Assembly (NCBI GenBank): GCA_947625625.1
Contig: CANQPC010000002.1
Coordinates: forward strand, 2,893 to 66,892
Direction: 5' to 3'
From: an uncultured Bacilli bacterium
GTDB taxonomy: Bacteria; Bacillota_I; Bacilli_A; RF39; UBA660
Length of the DNA: 64,000 nucleotides
Numbering within the stretch: position 1 is the stretch's first letter; the number at the start of each line of letters is the position of its first letter. Under the pieces are notes generated by a model. The model did no database searches. It was given only the letters and a program-made list of their open reading frames with translations, and had not been told where the DNA came from. The position numbers and the translations under genes were made by a program. Below, in pieces: positions 28,736 to 38,018 of this stretch.

Positions 28736-30007
28736 TTAGTTAGCTTTAGCAGCGATTTTTTTCTTAGCAAAAATAGTACCCGCTACAGCGGCAATAACTA
28801 TACTAATAATAAGTACTAAATTGATATCACCAGTTTTAGGTGGCTTTTCTGATGAAGTTTCTGTTTCGATTTCTGATGCTTTAACATAAATTTTAACATT
28901 TCCAGCTATTTCACTAAAATCAACTTCATCTTCGTAATCAGCATCTAAATAATATCCATCAATTTTAATATTTTCTGATTTTGCTTCAGCCTCAAGCTCT
29001 TTTAAAGCTGCAGGTAAGGTTTCTTCAATAGTATCTTTTTCAAATCTACCAACAATTTCCTCCTCACCTATTACTAAAGTTACATAAATATAATCATCAT
29101 CATCAGGAAATTCATTACCAGTTACAGTATTACCATGCAATGTTAAAGTTAATTTTTCTATATTTTCAACATCTAATCCAAATACAGAACTACTTGAAAC
29201 TTCATTATCTAAAACTGTATTAGTAACTTCAATAGTATTAGATTCATCACTTGAATACAATATCAAGTCTTCTTTGTTACCATTATCAGAAGTATTTGTA
29301 ACTTTTGAACTATCAATTGTTACTTCTGATCCATTTTGGTCTTTAATAACAACAGTTCCATAATCATTTTCACTATTTAATCCATAAATATTATGTCCTG
29401 TTAACTCAGAACCATTATTAATAGTTACTTTATTTTCACTAGCAGGACTTCCAGAATTTGATAAGTCAATTGCGGCATATCCATGAATTTTACTATTGGA
29501 TACAGTAACTTCATTTTCTGATCCTTTAATCCAAATACCATATTTAGCATGTACTTCAGTATTTACTACTTCGACATTAGAGCCTCCTGAAACATAAATT
29601 CCTACAGTTCCATAAGGAAAAGATGCATAATTACCATAATCTCTATCACTTTTATCTTTATAATAGATTTCACTATTTAAAACTTTTAAAGTAGCACCAT
29701 TACCTACCGTTAATACGTTGGCACCATCTTCAGTAGACACAATAGTTACACCATCTAAAGTAACTTTTGCATCAGCATCAATAGTGATTTTACCAGTAAT
29801 AATAGTTTTATCTGCTCCCTTACCTGTAATAGTTACATCTTCACTGATAGTACAACCGCCAATATAAGTAGCTTCGTCTAGTTCGACATTACCTCCTTCC
29901 CCTGTTAATTTATCACTTAAATTTTCATCTGCAAATACCATTGTTGGTAGCATAATTGCCGAAACAAAAACTATGCTTAACGCAATAAATAATTTTTTCA
30001 TTTTCAT
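28736..30007 (-). CDS. Cell-wall-anchored surface protein, PPKTG sorting signal (array member 1)
   Basis: Signal peptide MKMKKLFIAL..., parallel-beta-helix-like periodicity (VT-x-x-N-S/T-x-I/V repeats), and the C-terminus PPKTGDINLVLIISIVIAAVAGTIFAKKKIAAKAN. Confidence 0.8.
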   Translation of the reverse strand: MKMKKLFIALSIVFVSAIMLPTMVFADENLSDKLTGEGGNVELDEATYIGGCTISEDVTITGKGADKTIITGKITIDADAKVTLDGVTIVSTEDGANVLTVGNGATLKVLNSEIYYKDKSDRDYGNYASFPYGTVGIYVSGGSNVEVVNTEVHAKYGIWIKGSENEVTVSNSKIHGYAAIDLSNSGSPASENKVTINNGSELTGHNIYGLNSENDYGTVVIKDQNGSEVTIDSSKVTNTSDNGNKEDLILYSSDESNTIEVTNTVLDNEVSSSSVFGLDVENIEKLTLTLHGNTVTGNEFPDDDDYIYVTLVIGEEEIVGRFEKDTIEETLPAALKELEAEAKSENIKIDGYYLDADYEDEVDFSEIAGNVKIYVKASEIETETSSEKPPKTGDINLVLIISIVIAAVAGTIFAKKKIAAKAN

Positions 30008-30104
30008 TCTCCTTTCTATAATAATGATAGCATAAATAATTTATGATATCAACTACTTTTATTTAATTTACGAGTTATAATTATTTTTATGTCAAGCCAA
30101 TTTT

Positions 30105-30133
30105 CCCAAAATAAAAGAGTCTTACGACTCTTT
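30105..30133 (-). terminator. Terminator after the histidine kinase gene
   Basis: AAAGAGTC-gtaa-GACTCTTT hairpin overlapping the stop codon, followed by a T-rich run on the minus strand. Confidence 0.65.
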
Positions 30134-31397
30134 AGCTGATAATAAATTTAACACCATTCTTTTCATTTTCGATAGCTATATCATAATTCAAGAAAAGAAG
30201 TGTTTTCTTAACAATTGATAATCCAAGTCCAAAGACACCCTTAACACCTTTTTCATAAGGAGTAAAAATATTAGTTAAGACTTCTTTGTCAATATTAGGA
30301 CCATCATTATATAATACAATTTTACCATTCTTAACCACTATCTTAATTTTTTTCTTAGCATAGCGCATAAAATTATTAAGAATATTGTCAATAATAGCTT
30401 CCCACATCTCATCATTGCCCCTAAAAATTGTCGACTTTTTATCAATATCTAGAGCAATATCTACTTCCGGTCTCGAAGGTCCAAATTTTGATGCCGATTC
30501 GACAATAATCTTACTAACATCACATTTCTCTTTAATACTGTCCTTCTTTTCCCTAAAGTAATTTAATTTATTTAAATATAGTAAGGAGTGAACTTTTATT
30601 TCTAATTTATTTAATTGCTCTTTGCAGATATCTAGAGCTTTATCTTTTGTCTCTATACCATCTTCTGAAGCTTCAATGTAGGATTTCATAACCGTAATAG
30701 GAGTTTTAAAATCATGAGAAATATTCTGATACATCTGATTCTTATATTCCTCTTGTTCTTTGAGATATGCCCTCATATTTTGAGTAGCAATTTCAAGTGT
30801 ATATAATTCATCATCATATTCATAATGAATGCTATGATCGTAGTCATCATTATCAATATTATCAATCTTATCTTTAAGTTTCTTTATTCTATTAACTAAA
30901 TGATTAGACCATGTAAGTACTAGTAATGAAACTATTACAAAAGTAATACCCACTACTAAGAGAATAATTTTAAGTATTTCTTCCCTCATTGTCTTTATAT
31001 ATGTACTACCAGTAATAGCAATTTTACTAAAATTATCAGTACGCACTACTACATAATAGTATAATCTCTTATTAATTACAAAGTTCCCTTCTGTTTGAAC
31101 TATTTTATCTAAAACAGCATCGATATCTTTAACTTCGACGACAGAAGATAAATTATCTGAAACAATAACTTCATTACTTTTAGTAACATATACATAAGCT
31201 ATTTCACTATTAATTTTACTTGATACATTACTAGGGCTTTCAATTAAAGTAAGAGACTGATTAAGATAATTATAAAGATTATCTTCATATATAGGAAGAA
31301 GTGTTCTCGGTAAAATTATTCCTAGCGATATTATGACAATAATAATAATCGAAGCACCGATCAAAAGTAACTGCTCGGTAAGTTTAGGCTTTCTCAT
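30132..31397 (-). CDS. Sensor histidine kinase (two TM helices, HisKA plus HATPase_c)
   Basis: H-box ISHDFKTPIT, N-box NILNNFMRYA, and G-boxes YNDGPNI and GVFGLGLSIV. Confidence 0.85.
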   Translation of the reverse strand: MRKPKLTEQLLLIGASIIIIVIISLGIILPRTLLPIYEDNLYNYLNQSLTLIESPSNVSSKINSEIAYVYVTKSNEVIVSDNLSSVVEVKDIDAVLDKIVQTEGNFVINKRLYYYVVVRTDNFSKIAITGSTYIKTMREEILKIILLVVGITFVIVSLLVLTWSNHLVNRIKKLKDKIDNIDNDDYDHSIHYEYDDELYTLEIATQNMRAYLKEQEEYKNQMYQNISHDFKTPITVMKSYIEASEDGIETKDKALDICKEQLNKLEIKVHSLLYLNKLNYFREKKDSIKEKCDVSKIIVESASKFGPSRPEVDIALDIDKKSTIFRGNDEMWEAIIDNILNNFMRYAKKKIKIVVKNGKIVLYNDGPNIDKEVLTNIFTPYEKGVKGVFGLGLSIVKKTLLFLNYDIAIENEKNGVKFIIS

Positions 31398-32050
31398 GTC
31401 AAACGATAACCATACCCATATATCGTATTAATATCGAGTTCAGGCATCTTTTTTCTAAGTCTTCGAACCAAATCATCTACTACCCTATCTGTACCAAAAT
31501 AATTCTCTCCCCAAATGTTGTTTAAAATATCATCCCTAGTGAAAGATCTCTTTTTATTAGTAACAAACATACAAAGTAAATCAAACTCTAAAGTAGTAAG
31601 ATTCAAATCCTTATCGTTAAGAATAGCCATTCTCTTATCTAAATCAATTACATAATCCTTATATGTAATCTTTTTGCAGTCTTTTGAATATACTCTTCTA
31701 ATAATATTATTAACTCTAAGAACCAATTCTTTCGGAGAATAAGGCTTGGTAATGTAATCATCACTTCCCAGTTCCAAACCTATAATTTTATCTAGTTCTT
31801 TATCTCTAGCAGAAGTAAAAATAACAGGAACGTCAGTATTCTCTTCTCTAATCTTCTTAATAATATCATACCCGCTGATATCTCCACCGAGCATAATATC
31901 GAGAATCCAAAGATGTACGGGCTTATTAATATTGTTAAGAGCATCTTCACCATTATCGTAACAAATAACCGAATAACCCTCTTTTTCGAGATAAGCCTTA
32001 ATTAGACTATTCAAATCTTTTTCATCTTCTACTAAGACAATATTGTACAT
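31394..32050 (-). CDS. OmpR/PhoB-family response regulator
   Basis: Receiver domain (VLVEDE, LWILDIML phospho-Asp context, KP) plus a winged-helix C-terminus (YGYGYRL). Overlaps the kinase gene by 4 nt. Confidence 0.9.
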   Translation of the reverse strand: MYNIVLVEDEKDLNSLIKAYLEKEGYSVICYDNGEDALNNINKPVHLWILDIMLGGDISGYDIIKKIREENTDVPVIFTSARDKELDKIIGLELGSDDYITKPYSPKELVLRVNNIIRRVYSKDCKKITYKDYVIDLDKRMAILNDKDLNLTTLEFDLLCMFVTNKKRSFTRDDILNNIWGENYFGTDRVVDDLVRRLRKKMPELDINTIYGYGYRLT

Positions 32051-32203
32051 AATATCACCTTCTATATATAGTATAACACATAATTAACAGTATTCTAACT
32101 CTATTTCATCTACCACTTCCTTTCATACTAAAATTATATTGTTTTAAATCGTACAAATTATCAAATAATTGTGGTAAATTATGTGAAGTAAAATATAATT
32201 ATA

Positions 32204-32827
32204 ATGGTGATAAACTTGACTGAATATAAAAAAATACCTTTAGACTATCAAAGTCTAGAACCAATTATTGATAATCGCACTCTAAATCTTCATTATAACG
32301 TCCACTACCAAAACTATACCGACAAATTAAATAATCTTTTAAAAAAAAATAATTATGACTACCAAAATAGCGCTATCTATCTAGCTCAAAATATTGACAT
32401 TGTTCCATTAGAAGATCGTGATGAAATTCTCTATAATTTAGGAGGATATCTAAATCATAGTCTCTATTTCTATAACTTGACAGACAAAAAAAAGGACATG
32501 CCCGAAGGCATGCAAGAATTAATTAATAAAAATTTTGGTTCTCTTTCTAATTTCCGCAAAGAATTTATCAATATGGCTAAAGAAGTCAAAGGTAGCGGTT
32601 ATACCTTTCTTGTTATCGACAAAGATAACAATCTCAAAATAATAAATACCTCTAATCAAGATACTCCATATTATTATGGATTTATTCCCATAATGACTAT
32701 TGATGTTTGGGAACATGCCTATTATCTCAAATATACCTATAATAGACCAGAATATTTAGAAAATATCTTTGATATTATCGACTTTGATAAAGTATATCAT
32801 CTTTATCTTAATAATACTAAGCAATAA
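32204..32827 (+). CDS. sodA: Fe/Mn superoxide dismutase
   Basis: LHYNVHYQNY and the metal-ligand motif DVWEHAYYLKY. Confidence 0.9.
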   Translation: MVINLTEYKKIPLDYQSLEPIIDNRTLNLHYNVHYQNYTDKLNNLLKKNNYDYQNSAIYLAQNIDIVPLEDRDEILYNLGGYLNHSLYFYNLTDKKKDMPEGMQELINKNFGSLSNFRKEFINMAKEVKGSGYTFLVIDKDNNLKIINTSNQDTPYYYGFIPIMTIDVWEHAYYLKYTYNRPEYLENIFDIIDFDKVYHLYLNNTKQ

Positions 32828-32866
32828 TTATAATTGTATCTAGTTCTCCTTCACTCCTTTATTATC

Positions 32867-33781
32867 TTATATTTGTTTGGCTATTAATTCAATATCTTTT
32901 ATTGATTTACCAGTTATTTTGGAAATAGTTTCATAATTAAAATTACTACTTAACATATTTCTAATTACTTCTTCTAAATTTTTTCGTTTTCCTTCTTTCA
33001 AGCCTTCTTGCTTTCCTTTTTCTATGCCTTTTTCTATGCCTTCAGATAACCCTTCTATTTTAGCGGTTTCTAATTCTCCTTCATATGAAAGTCTAGCATT
33101 TTCTTCGAACATCCAATCTTCTAATATTCTATCATCACTATTTACATCCTTTATTCTTTCAATAAAACTTTCTTTTTGCTTTTTACTAACCATATCATCA
33201 CCTAATAACCTTTCTATTATTTCTAATTCATCTGTCAAAAGAATTGCTCCCCATCTTATAGGAATCGCAATCTCCTTAATATCATTATAAGTCATTTTTG
33301 AACTTTTAACAACATCTAAATTATAAATACTAAATTTATCACTTATAGGTTTTTTAGTTTCTGTTTCACATAGCAATATCTTTTCCATAGGTTTACCACT
33401 ATAAGTACTAAAAGTATTTAAATTTAGTTGTTTTACTACCTTACTAGATAATTCATTACTATTCGCTCCTTTCTCAACTATTTTAGAATATATTCTCGAT
33501 ACCTGTAATACATTTCTCGATAAAATATCTTTATTATTCCTTTTGTTAATTTCAATATTCACATAACTATTATCATTAAGCTTAATAAGCACATCTGTCT
33601 TATATGTCTTATTATTTTTAGATAATGGTTCTAATTCATACCCAGGCATAACCTCTACTCTCTCAATTGATACGTCTTCTTTAATATTTAATATGTCTTT
33701 TACTATTTTAAGTAACACCTCCTTTTCTTCCACAAATACCGCCTTGAAAATTGTATCGTATACAAGTGGCTTAATTTTCAT
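32867..33781 (-). CDS. Rpn-family recombination-promoting nuclease / PD-(D/E)xK putative transposase
   Basis: N-terminal YDTIFKAVF and KTDVLIKL...NIEIN nuclease core, plus the characteristic C-terminal EGxxEGxEKGxEKGKQEG repeats. The likely ATG follows AAAGGAG; the track ORF extends to 33799. Confidence 0.7.
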   Translation of the reverse strand: MKIKPLVYDTIFKAVFVEEKEVLLKIVKDILNIKEDVSIERVEVMPGYELEPLSKNNKTYKTDVLIKLNDNSYVNIEINKRNNKDILSRNVLQVSRIYSKIVEKGANSNELSSKVVKQLNLNTFSTYSGKPMEKILLCETETKKPISDKFSIYNLDVVKSSKMTYNDIKEIAIPIRWGAILLTDELEIIERLLGDDMVSKKQKESFIERIKDVNSDDRILEDWMFEENARLSYEGELETAKIEGLSEGIEKGIEKGKQEGLKEGKRKNLEEVIRNMLSSNFNYETISKITGKSIKDIELIAKQI

Positions 33782-33921
33782 TTTTTCTCCTTTCTTCACC
33801 CTTGTTTTTCCCCTTCACATATATATACAACTTTTTTAGCGGATTTTACCCAATTTTTGAAAAATTTTTTCAAAAAATAAAAAAAAATAGTATATACACT
33901 ATTCTTAATATCATTTTAGTC

Positions 33922-33962
33922 AAACAAAAAATAAAAATATAACAACTAAACATTGTTATATT
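33922..33962 (-). terminator. Terminator after fibre-like paralog A1
   Basis: AATATAACAA/TTGTTATATT 10-bp stem followed by a T-rich tract on the minus strand. A similar hairpin follows paralog A2. Confidence 0.65.
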
Positions 33963-33980
33963 TTATATTTTTACTAAATA

Positions 33981-34619
33981 TTAAGCAGCAGCAGCAGTAA
34001 ATGAAGCAGTAACACCTTGACCGTCGGCAGCACTATAACTTACTGTTCCAGTAAATCCACCACTATTAGTCTCATTTTGCGCTTTATTTGTTTCATTAAT
34101 ATAAAGCATGACATATATAGTATGTGTAGCAGAACCTGCAACAGAAATACTTTCTTCTAAACTAGAAACAGTTTTTGCATTTTTTGCATTATTGCCTAAC
34201 ACTGTAGGACTAGTAATTTTAGTCCATTTTAAATCAGCCATACTTGCAGCAGTTAAATTTAACGTACCATTTAAAACAACTGTTGAGTTACCAGTATTTT
34301 TAACATCAATTTTATAAACTTGACAGACCGTATTTCCATTTTTATCGACGCAAGACTTACTTTTAGATGCAGTATCGCCAGCTAATCCTTTACTTAAGTC
34401 AGCTTCTAGTATAGGAATAAGACCACCTTTAGCATCTGTAGTCACAGAAGTAACAGTTAATTGTAAACCAACTGTAGCAGTTTGACCTTTAATCGTATCA
34501 CTATCATCATCAGTAGCAGTAAAGAATGCAAATGTAGCTCCAATAATAGCCACTACTAAGGTAGCAACACCTATAACCGCATAAAATATTCCAGGTTCCT
34601 TTCTGTTATTTTCGACCAT
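33981..34619 (-). CDS. Secreted TasA/camelysin-like protein with a SipW-type N-terminal signal (paralog A1)
   Basis: MVENNRKEPGIFYAVIGVATLVVAIIGATFAFFTATDDDSDTIKGQTATVGLQLTV, plus GGLIPILE, the CVDKNGNTVC loop, YKIDVKNTGNS, IYVMLYINET and GTVSYSAADGQGVTASFTAAAA. A close paralog of 34806..35444. Confidence 0.65.
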   Translation of the reverse strand: MVENNRKEPGIFYAVIGVATLVVAIIGATFAFFTATDDDSDTIKGQTATVGLQLTVTSVTTDAKGGLIPILEADLSKGLAGDTASKSKSCVDKNGNTVCQVYKIDVKNTGNSTVVLNGTLNLTAASMADLKWTKITSPTVLGNNAKNAKTVSSLEESISVAGSATHTIYVMLYINETNKAQNETNSGGFTGTVSYSAADGQGVTASFTAAAA

Positions 34620-34645
34620 TTTTTCAATCCTCCTTTACAATAATA

Positions 34646-34654
34646 ATTGTAACA
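34646..34654 (-). promoter_or_regulatory. Candidate extended -10 element (TGTTACAAT) for paralog A1
   Basis: TGnTACAAT lies about 15 nt upstream of the AAAGGAGG RBS. Analogous elements precede the other three paralogs. Confidence 0.35.
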
Positions 34655-34759
34655 AATAATATTTAAAAAATCAATATTTTATCAAATTTTTTCATTATAT
34701 AATTTTCTCAATGCTTTGCATAATAAAACATTTCAAAAAATACTATATTCATTACTACC

Positions 34760-34797
34760 AAAAAATTAAAAATATAACAATATTTAATTGTTATATT
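34760..34797 (-). terminator. Terminator after fibre-like paralog A2
   Basis: AATATAACAAT/ATTGTTATATT stem followed by a T-rich tract on the minus strand. Confidence 0.65.
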
Positions 34798-34805
34798 TTT
34801 AAGCA

Positions 34806-35444
34806 CTACGCACCAGCTGTAAATGAAGCAGTAACACCTTGACCGTCAGCGGCGTTATAACTAACTATTCCAGTAAATTGACCATTATTAGAAGTATTTT
34901 GCTCTGTACTAGTCTCATTAATATAAACCATAACATATATCGTATGTGTATCGCTTCCATTAACTGAAATACTATCTTCTAAGTTAGTAACTTCTTTGGC
35001 ATTTTTTGCATTTTCACCTAATTCTTTTTCTCCATTAAGCTTAGTCCACTTTAAATCTTTTATAGTTTCAGCATTTAAAGTCAATGTCCCTTTTAAAACG
35101 ACAGTTGAATTACCAGTATTTTTAACATCAATTTTATAAACTTGACAAACTGTATTTCCGTTTTTATCGAGGCAAGATACATTTTCAGTTGCACTATCAC
35201 CAGCTAGTCCTTTTTCCAAGTCAGTTTCTAGTATAGGAATTAGTCCACCATTAGCTTGGCTTGTCGTTACAGGAGTAACAGTTAATTGCAAACCAATTTC
35301 AGCAGTACTACCTTGAATTGTTTCCACATCAGTATCAGAAGCACTAAAGAATGCAAATGTAGCTCCAATAATAGCCACTACTAATGTAGCAATACCGATA
35401 ACTGCGTAAAATACTCCAGGTCCCTTTCTGTTATTTTCATCCAT
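34806..35444 (-). CDS. Secreted TasA/camelysin-like protein with a SipW-type N-terminal signal (paralog A2)
   Basis: The likely start is MDENNRKGPGVFYAVIGIATLVVAIIGATFAFFSASDTD after AAAGGAGAG; the track ORF extends to 35468. It has the same motif set as A1 (CLDKNGNTVC, YKIDVKNTGNS, GIVSYNAADGQGVTASFTAGA). Confidence 0.65.
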   Translation of the reverse strand: MDENNRKGPGVFYAVIGIATLVVAIIGATFAFFSASDTDVETIQGSTAEIGLQLTVTPVTTSQANGGLIPILETDLEKGLAGDSATENVSCLDKNGNTVCQVYKIDVKNTGNSTVVLKGTLTLNAETIKDLKWTKLNGEKELGENAKNAKEVTNLEDSISVNGSDTHTIYVMVYINETSTEQNTSNNGQFTGIVSYNAADGQGVTASFTAGA

Positions 35445-35542
35445 TTTTTTTACAACTCTCCTTTCCAATAATTATAATAATAAATAATATTCTTGATATT
35501 TTTTTATTTTAAATTTAGTTCATAATGAACTTTTATTTTTTA

Positions 35543-36271
35543 CTAACCTCTTGCAGCAAATGTTGCAGCAACTTTACCACCTAAAGCATCCATTGTAACA
35601 GTTCCAGTATAAGAACCAGTACCATTATCAGGATTACTATTCATCTCATCAGTAGGATTTTGAGTAGCATCTTTATTTGCTAAATAAATTAGTAAATAAT
35701 AGTATACAGGGCTACCAGCATCCAAAGAGCCATTACTATGAATATCAAATCCTGCTGGATCTAAAGAACCATAAGTAGTATCAAAGTCTTTAAAACTTGA
35801 TCCACCACTATTAACTATCGAAGTAACTGTTTCAGGTTCTCCATTATCACTTTTATAAACAACGTATTTCCAACTTTCTTTATCAACAGCAGTAACGCTT
35901 AAACTAGCAATTCTAATACTAGCTTTTTCAATAGACTGTGTTGAAGAAGCTGTTATCTTGTATAAATGGCAACCAGTGTACCCACTTCCTATACATTTAG
36001 CCGCTACAGCTTTACCAATACCAGCTTCATCTGGTGTCAAATCTGTTGGAACAAGGTCGCCAACGTCTTCTTGTTGGAATTTAACTTTTTCAACATTTAA
36101 TGTAAGTGATGTACTGATTTCATCATTAGTTTTACCTTGGATGTCTCCATCTTCTGAATTAGCAGTAGCACTAAAGTATGCAAATGTAGCACCAATAATA
36201 GCAACTACTAAAGTAGCAACGCCAATTATTGCATAAAAAGCATTAGTACCATTATTATTTTTCTCTTTCAT
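35543..36271 (-). CDS. Secreted TasA/camelysin-like protein with a SipW-type N-terminal signal (paralog B2)
   Basis: MKEKNNNGTNAFYAIIGVATLVVAIIGATFAYFSATANSEDGDIQGKT, plus DLVPTDL, the CIGSGYTGC loop, HLYKITA, YYYLLIYLANK and GTVTMDALGGKVAATFAARG. Confidence 0.65.
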   Translation of the reverse strand: MKEKNNNGTNAFYAIIGVATLVVAIIGATFAYFSATANSEDGDIQGKTNDEISTSLTLNVEKVKFQQEDVGDLVPTDLTPDEAGIGKAVAAKCIGSGYTGCHLYKITASSTQSIEKASIRIASLSVTAVDKESWKYVVYKSDNGEPETVTSIVNSGGSSFKDFDTTYGSLDPAGFDIHSNGSLDAGSPVYYYLLIYLANKDATQNPTDEMNSNPDNGTGSYTGTVTMDALGGKVAATFAARG

Positions 36272-36322
36272 TTTTTTCCTCCTTTTTAGATTATAAATTA
36301 TAATATCATTTCTTAAATAGCA

Positions 36323-37069
36323 TTAATCTGCTGCAAAAGAAGCGATAACTTTACCACCAAGAACATCTAAAGTAACAGATCCCTTATAGCTTCCAGCACC
36401 ATCATGTTCGTCTGGTTCTTCAGGATTCTGAATATTATTTTCTTTATTTGCTAAATAAATTAGCAAATAATAATATACTGGCGTATTTTCAGTAAGTCCT
36501 GCACCTTGATGCATATCATAACCAGCTGCTCCTTCCATTGGCGAAGCATAAGTATCAGCAAAAGTTTTAAAACTTGTTCCACCTGCGTTAACTATCGAAG
36601 AAATAGTTCCTTCTTCTCCATTATCGCTCTTATAGATAACATATTTCCAACTATCAGTATCTTGAGCGCCATCAACAGTAATTGAAGTAAGTCTTAAATT
36701 AGCACTTTCGACCGTTTGTGTTGACTGAGCTGTTATCTTATATAGATGACAACCAGTGTAACCTTCAGATATACATTTAGCATCGATAGCACCACCAATA
36801 CCATTTTCTGTCACTTGAATATTGGCAGGTACAAGACCATCATTGACAGTACTAGGCCCTTCACTATCATCTAGTTTTACTCTCTCTACTTCAAGTGATA
36901 AAGCACCACCGATAGTATTATTAGTACCACCAGTAATTTCGTCCCCTGTTGCCTTAGCGGCCGCACTAAAGTATGCAAATGTAGCACCAATAATAGCAAC
37001 AACTAAAGTAGCAACACCTATTACAGCATATAATGTATTCATTCCTTTCTTATTATTATCGTCACTCAT
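36323..37069 (-). CDS. Secreted TasA/camelysin-like protein with a SipW-type N-terminal signal (paralog B1)
   Basis: MSDDNNKKGMNTLYAVIGVATLVVAIIGATFAYFSAAAKATGDEITGGT, plus GLVPANI, the CISEGYTGC loop, HLYKITA, YYYLLIYLANK and GSVTLDVLGGKVIASFAAD. Confidence 0.65.
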   Translation of the reverse strand: MSDDNNKKGMNTLYAVIGVATLVVAIIGATFAYFSAAAKATGDEITGGTNNTIGGALSLEVERVKLDDSEGPSTVNDGLVPANIQVTENGIGGAIDAKCISEGYTGCHLYKITAQSTQTVESANLRLTSITVDGAQDTDSWKYVIYKSDNGEEGTISSIVNAGGTSFKTFADTYASPMEGAAGYDMHQGAGLTENTPVYYYLLIYLANKENNIQNPEEPDEHDGAGSYKGSVTLDVLGGKVIASFAAD

Positions 37070-37094
37070 TTTTTTATCCTCCTTCTACAATAAC

Positions 37095-37103
37095 ATTGTA
37101 CCA
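37095..37103 (-). promoter_or_regulatory. Candidate extended -10 element (TGGTACAAT) for paralog B1
   Basis: Lies in the 70-nt gap between the last ATPase-cluster gene and B1, about 15 nt upstream of the GAAGGAGG RBS. I see no hairpin terminator in this gap. Confidence 0.35.
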
Positions 37104-37139
37104 AACAATAAATTAAATTACAATAATTTTTTATAAATT

Positions 37140-38018
37140 TCAATTATTTTCGACATAATTTTTACCATCAATGTCAACAGTCATATCTTCGTTAATACCC
37201 GGTAAATTTAAATCCGAAAATATTATATCTTCTTTTTCTTCTTCATCAGCACTATTATCATCACTGTTGTTATCACTACTAGATTCATTATCTTCTTCCG
37301 TAACTATATCACTATCTTTTATATGTATTAAGGCATTATTATCAGAAAATAATTTATCTCTTTCTACTTTTCTTGGGTCATAACTTGATACAATCCAAAA
37401 TTCATATAATAATTTTAGTATACCATCAGTCATTACCATATTTTCGATAGCTCTTAATTTACTTTCTTCTATTTTAATACTATTTTCAATTATATATATT
37501 TCATCTAAGATACTTTCTTGTTTTTGAATTAATACATCTTGACTAATAATAGTATTATATGTTTTAGGAAATCTATTCTTATCGATTCTTTCTTTTAATC
37601 TTTCTCTTTTAATTACTAATTCGGGGTAATTACTCTCTTTTTCTATTAATAAATATAATATATCTCTAATATCTTCTTCTTCATTCTTAATATCTTCATA
37701 TAAAATACTTTTATATTTATTATCAGTATCTTCATTAAATTTATTTAATAAAGTATCTTCTAGTAATATATTATCGACAGCATATTCTTCTTTTTGGACT
37801 AATAGTTCTTCGAGAGCTAATTTATCTTTATTTATTGAGTTTAAAACAGATAGATACCTACTCTTGGCATTAAGATAACGAAGAACATTATTATATCTTT
37901 CACTATAATAATTAAGGTCTTCATCATTACTATTGTTTTCTCTTAAATATCTAAGTATCTTCTCTAATCTTTCTCTTTCTTCTTCGATAGTAGCGGTAAC
38001 ATAATCATACTTATCCAT
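37140..38018 (-). CDS. Acidic coiled-coil protein, last gene of the F1-like ATPase cluster (orphan)
   Basis: The likely start is MDKYDYVTATIEEERERLEKI, directly after an AGGAGG inside the end of the gamma-like gene; the track ORF starts at a TTG at 38069. It is helical and heptad-like throughout, with a poly-acidic tail (EEDNESSSDNNSDDNSADEEEKED). No family recognised. Confidence 0.55.
   Translation of the reverse strand: MDKYDYVTATIEEERERLEKILRYLRENNSNDEDLNYYSERYNNVLRYLNAKSRYLSVLNSINKDKLALEELLVQKEEYAVDNILLEDTLLNKFNEDTDNKYKSILYEDIKNEEEDIRDILYLLIEKESNYPELVIKRERLKERIDKNRFPKTYNTIISQDVLIQKQESILDEIYIIENSIKIEESKLRAIENMVMTDGILKLLYEFWIVSSYDPRKVERDKLFSDNNALIHIKDSDIVTEEDNESSSDNNSDDNSADEEEKEDIIFSDLNLPGINEDMTVDIDGKNYVENN

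Noticed and set aside
33981-37069. Type IV pilin / class III (prepilin peptidase) signal at the N-termini (e.g. KEPG-IFYAVIG)
   Set aside because: The Gly is not positionally conserved among the paralogs (NGTNAFYA, KGMNTLYA). There is no Glu at +5, and no pilD/pilB/pilC-type genes are nearby. The GATFA(F/Y)FSA motif plus the following strand fits the TasA/camelysin SipW-type pattern better.
34108-37136. Plus-strand ORFs 34108..34317, 35958..36236 and 36822..37136
   Set aside because: They are antisense shadows of the TasA-like genes (Ser/Thr/Pro/Ala/Leu-rich mirror translation) and have no translation signals.
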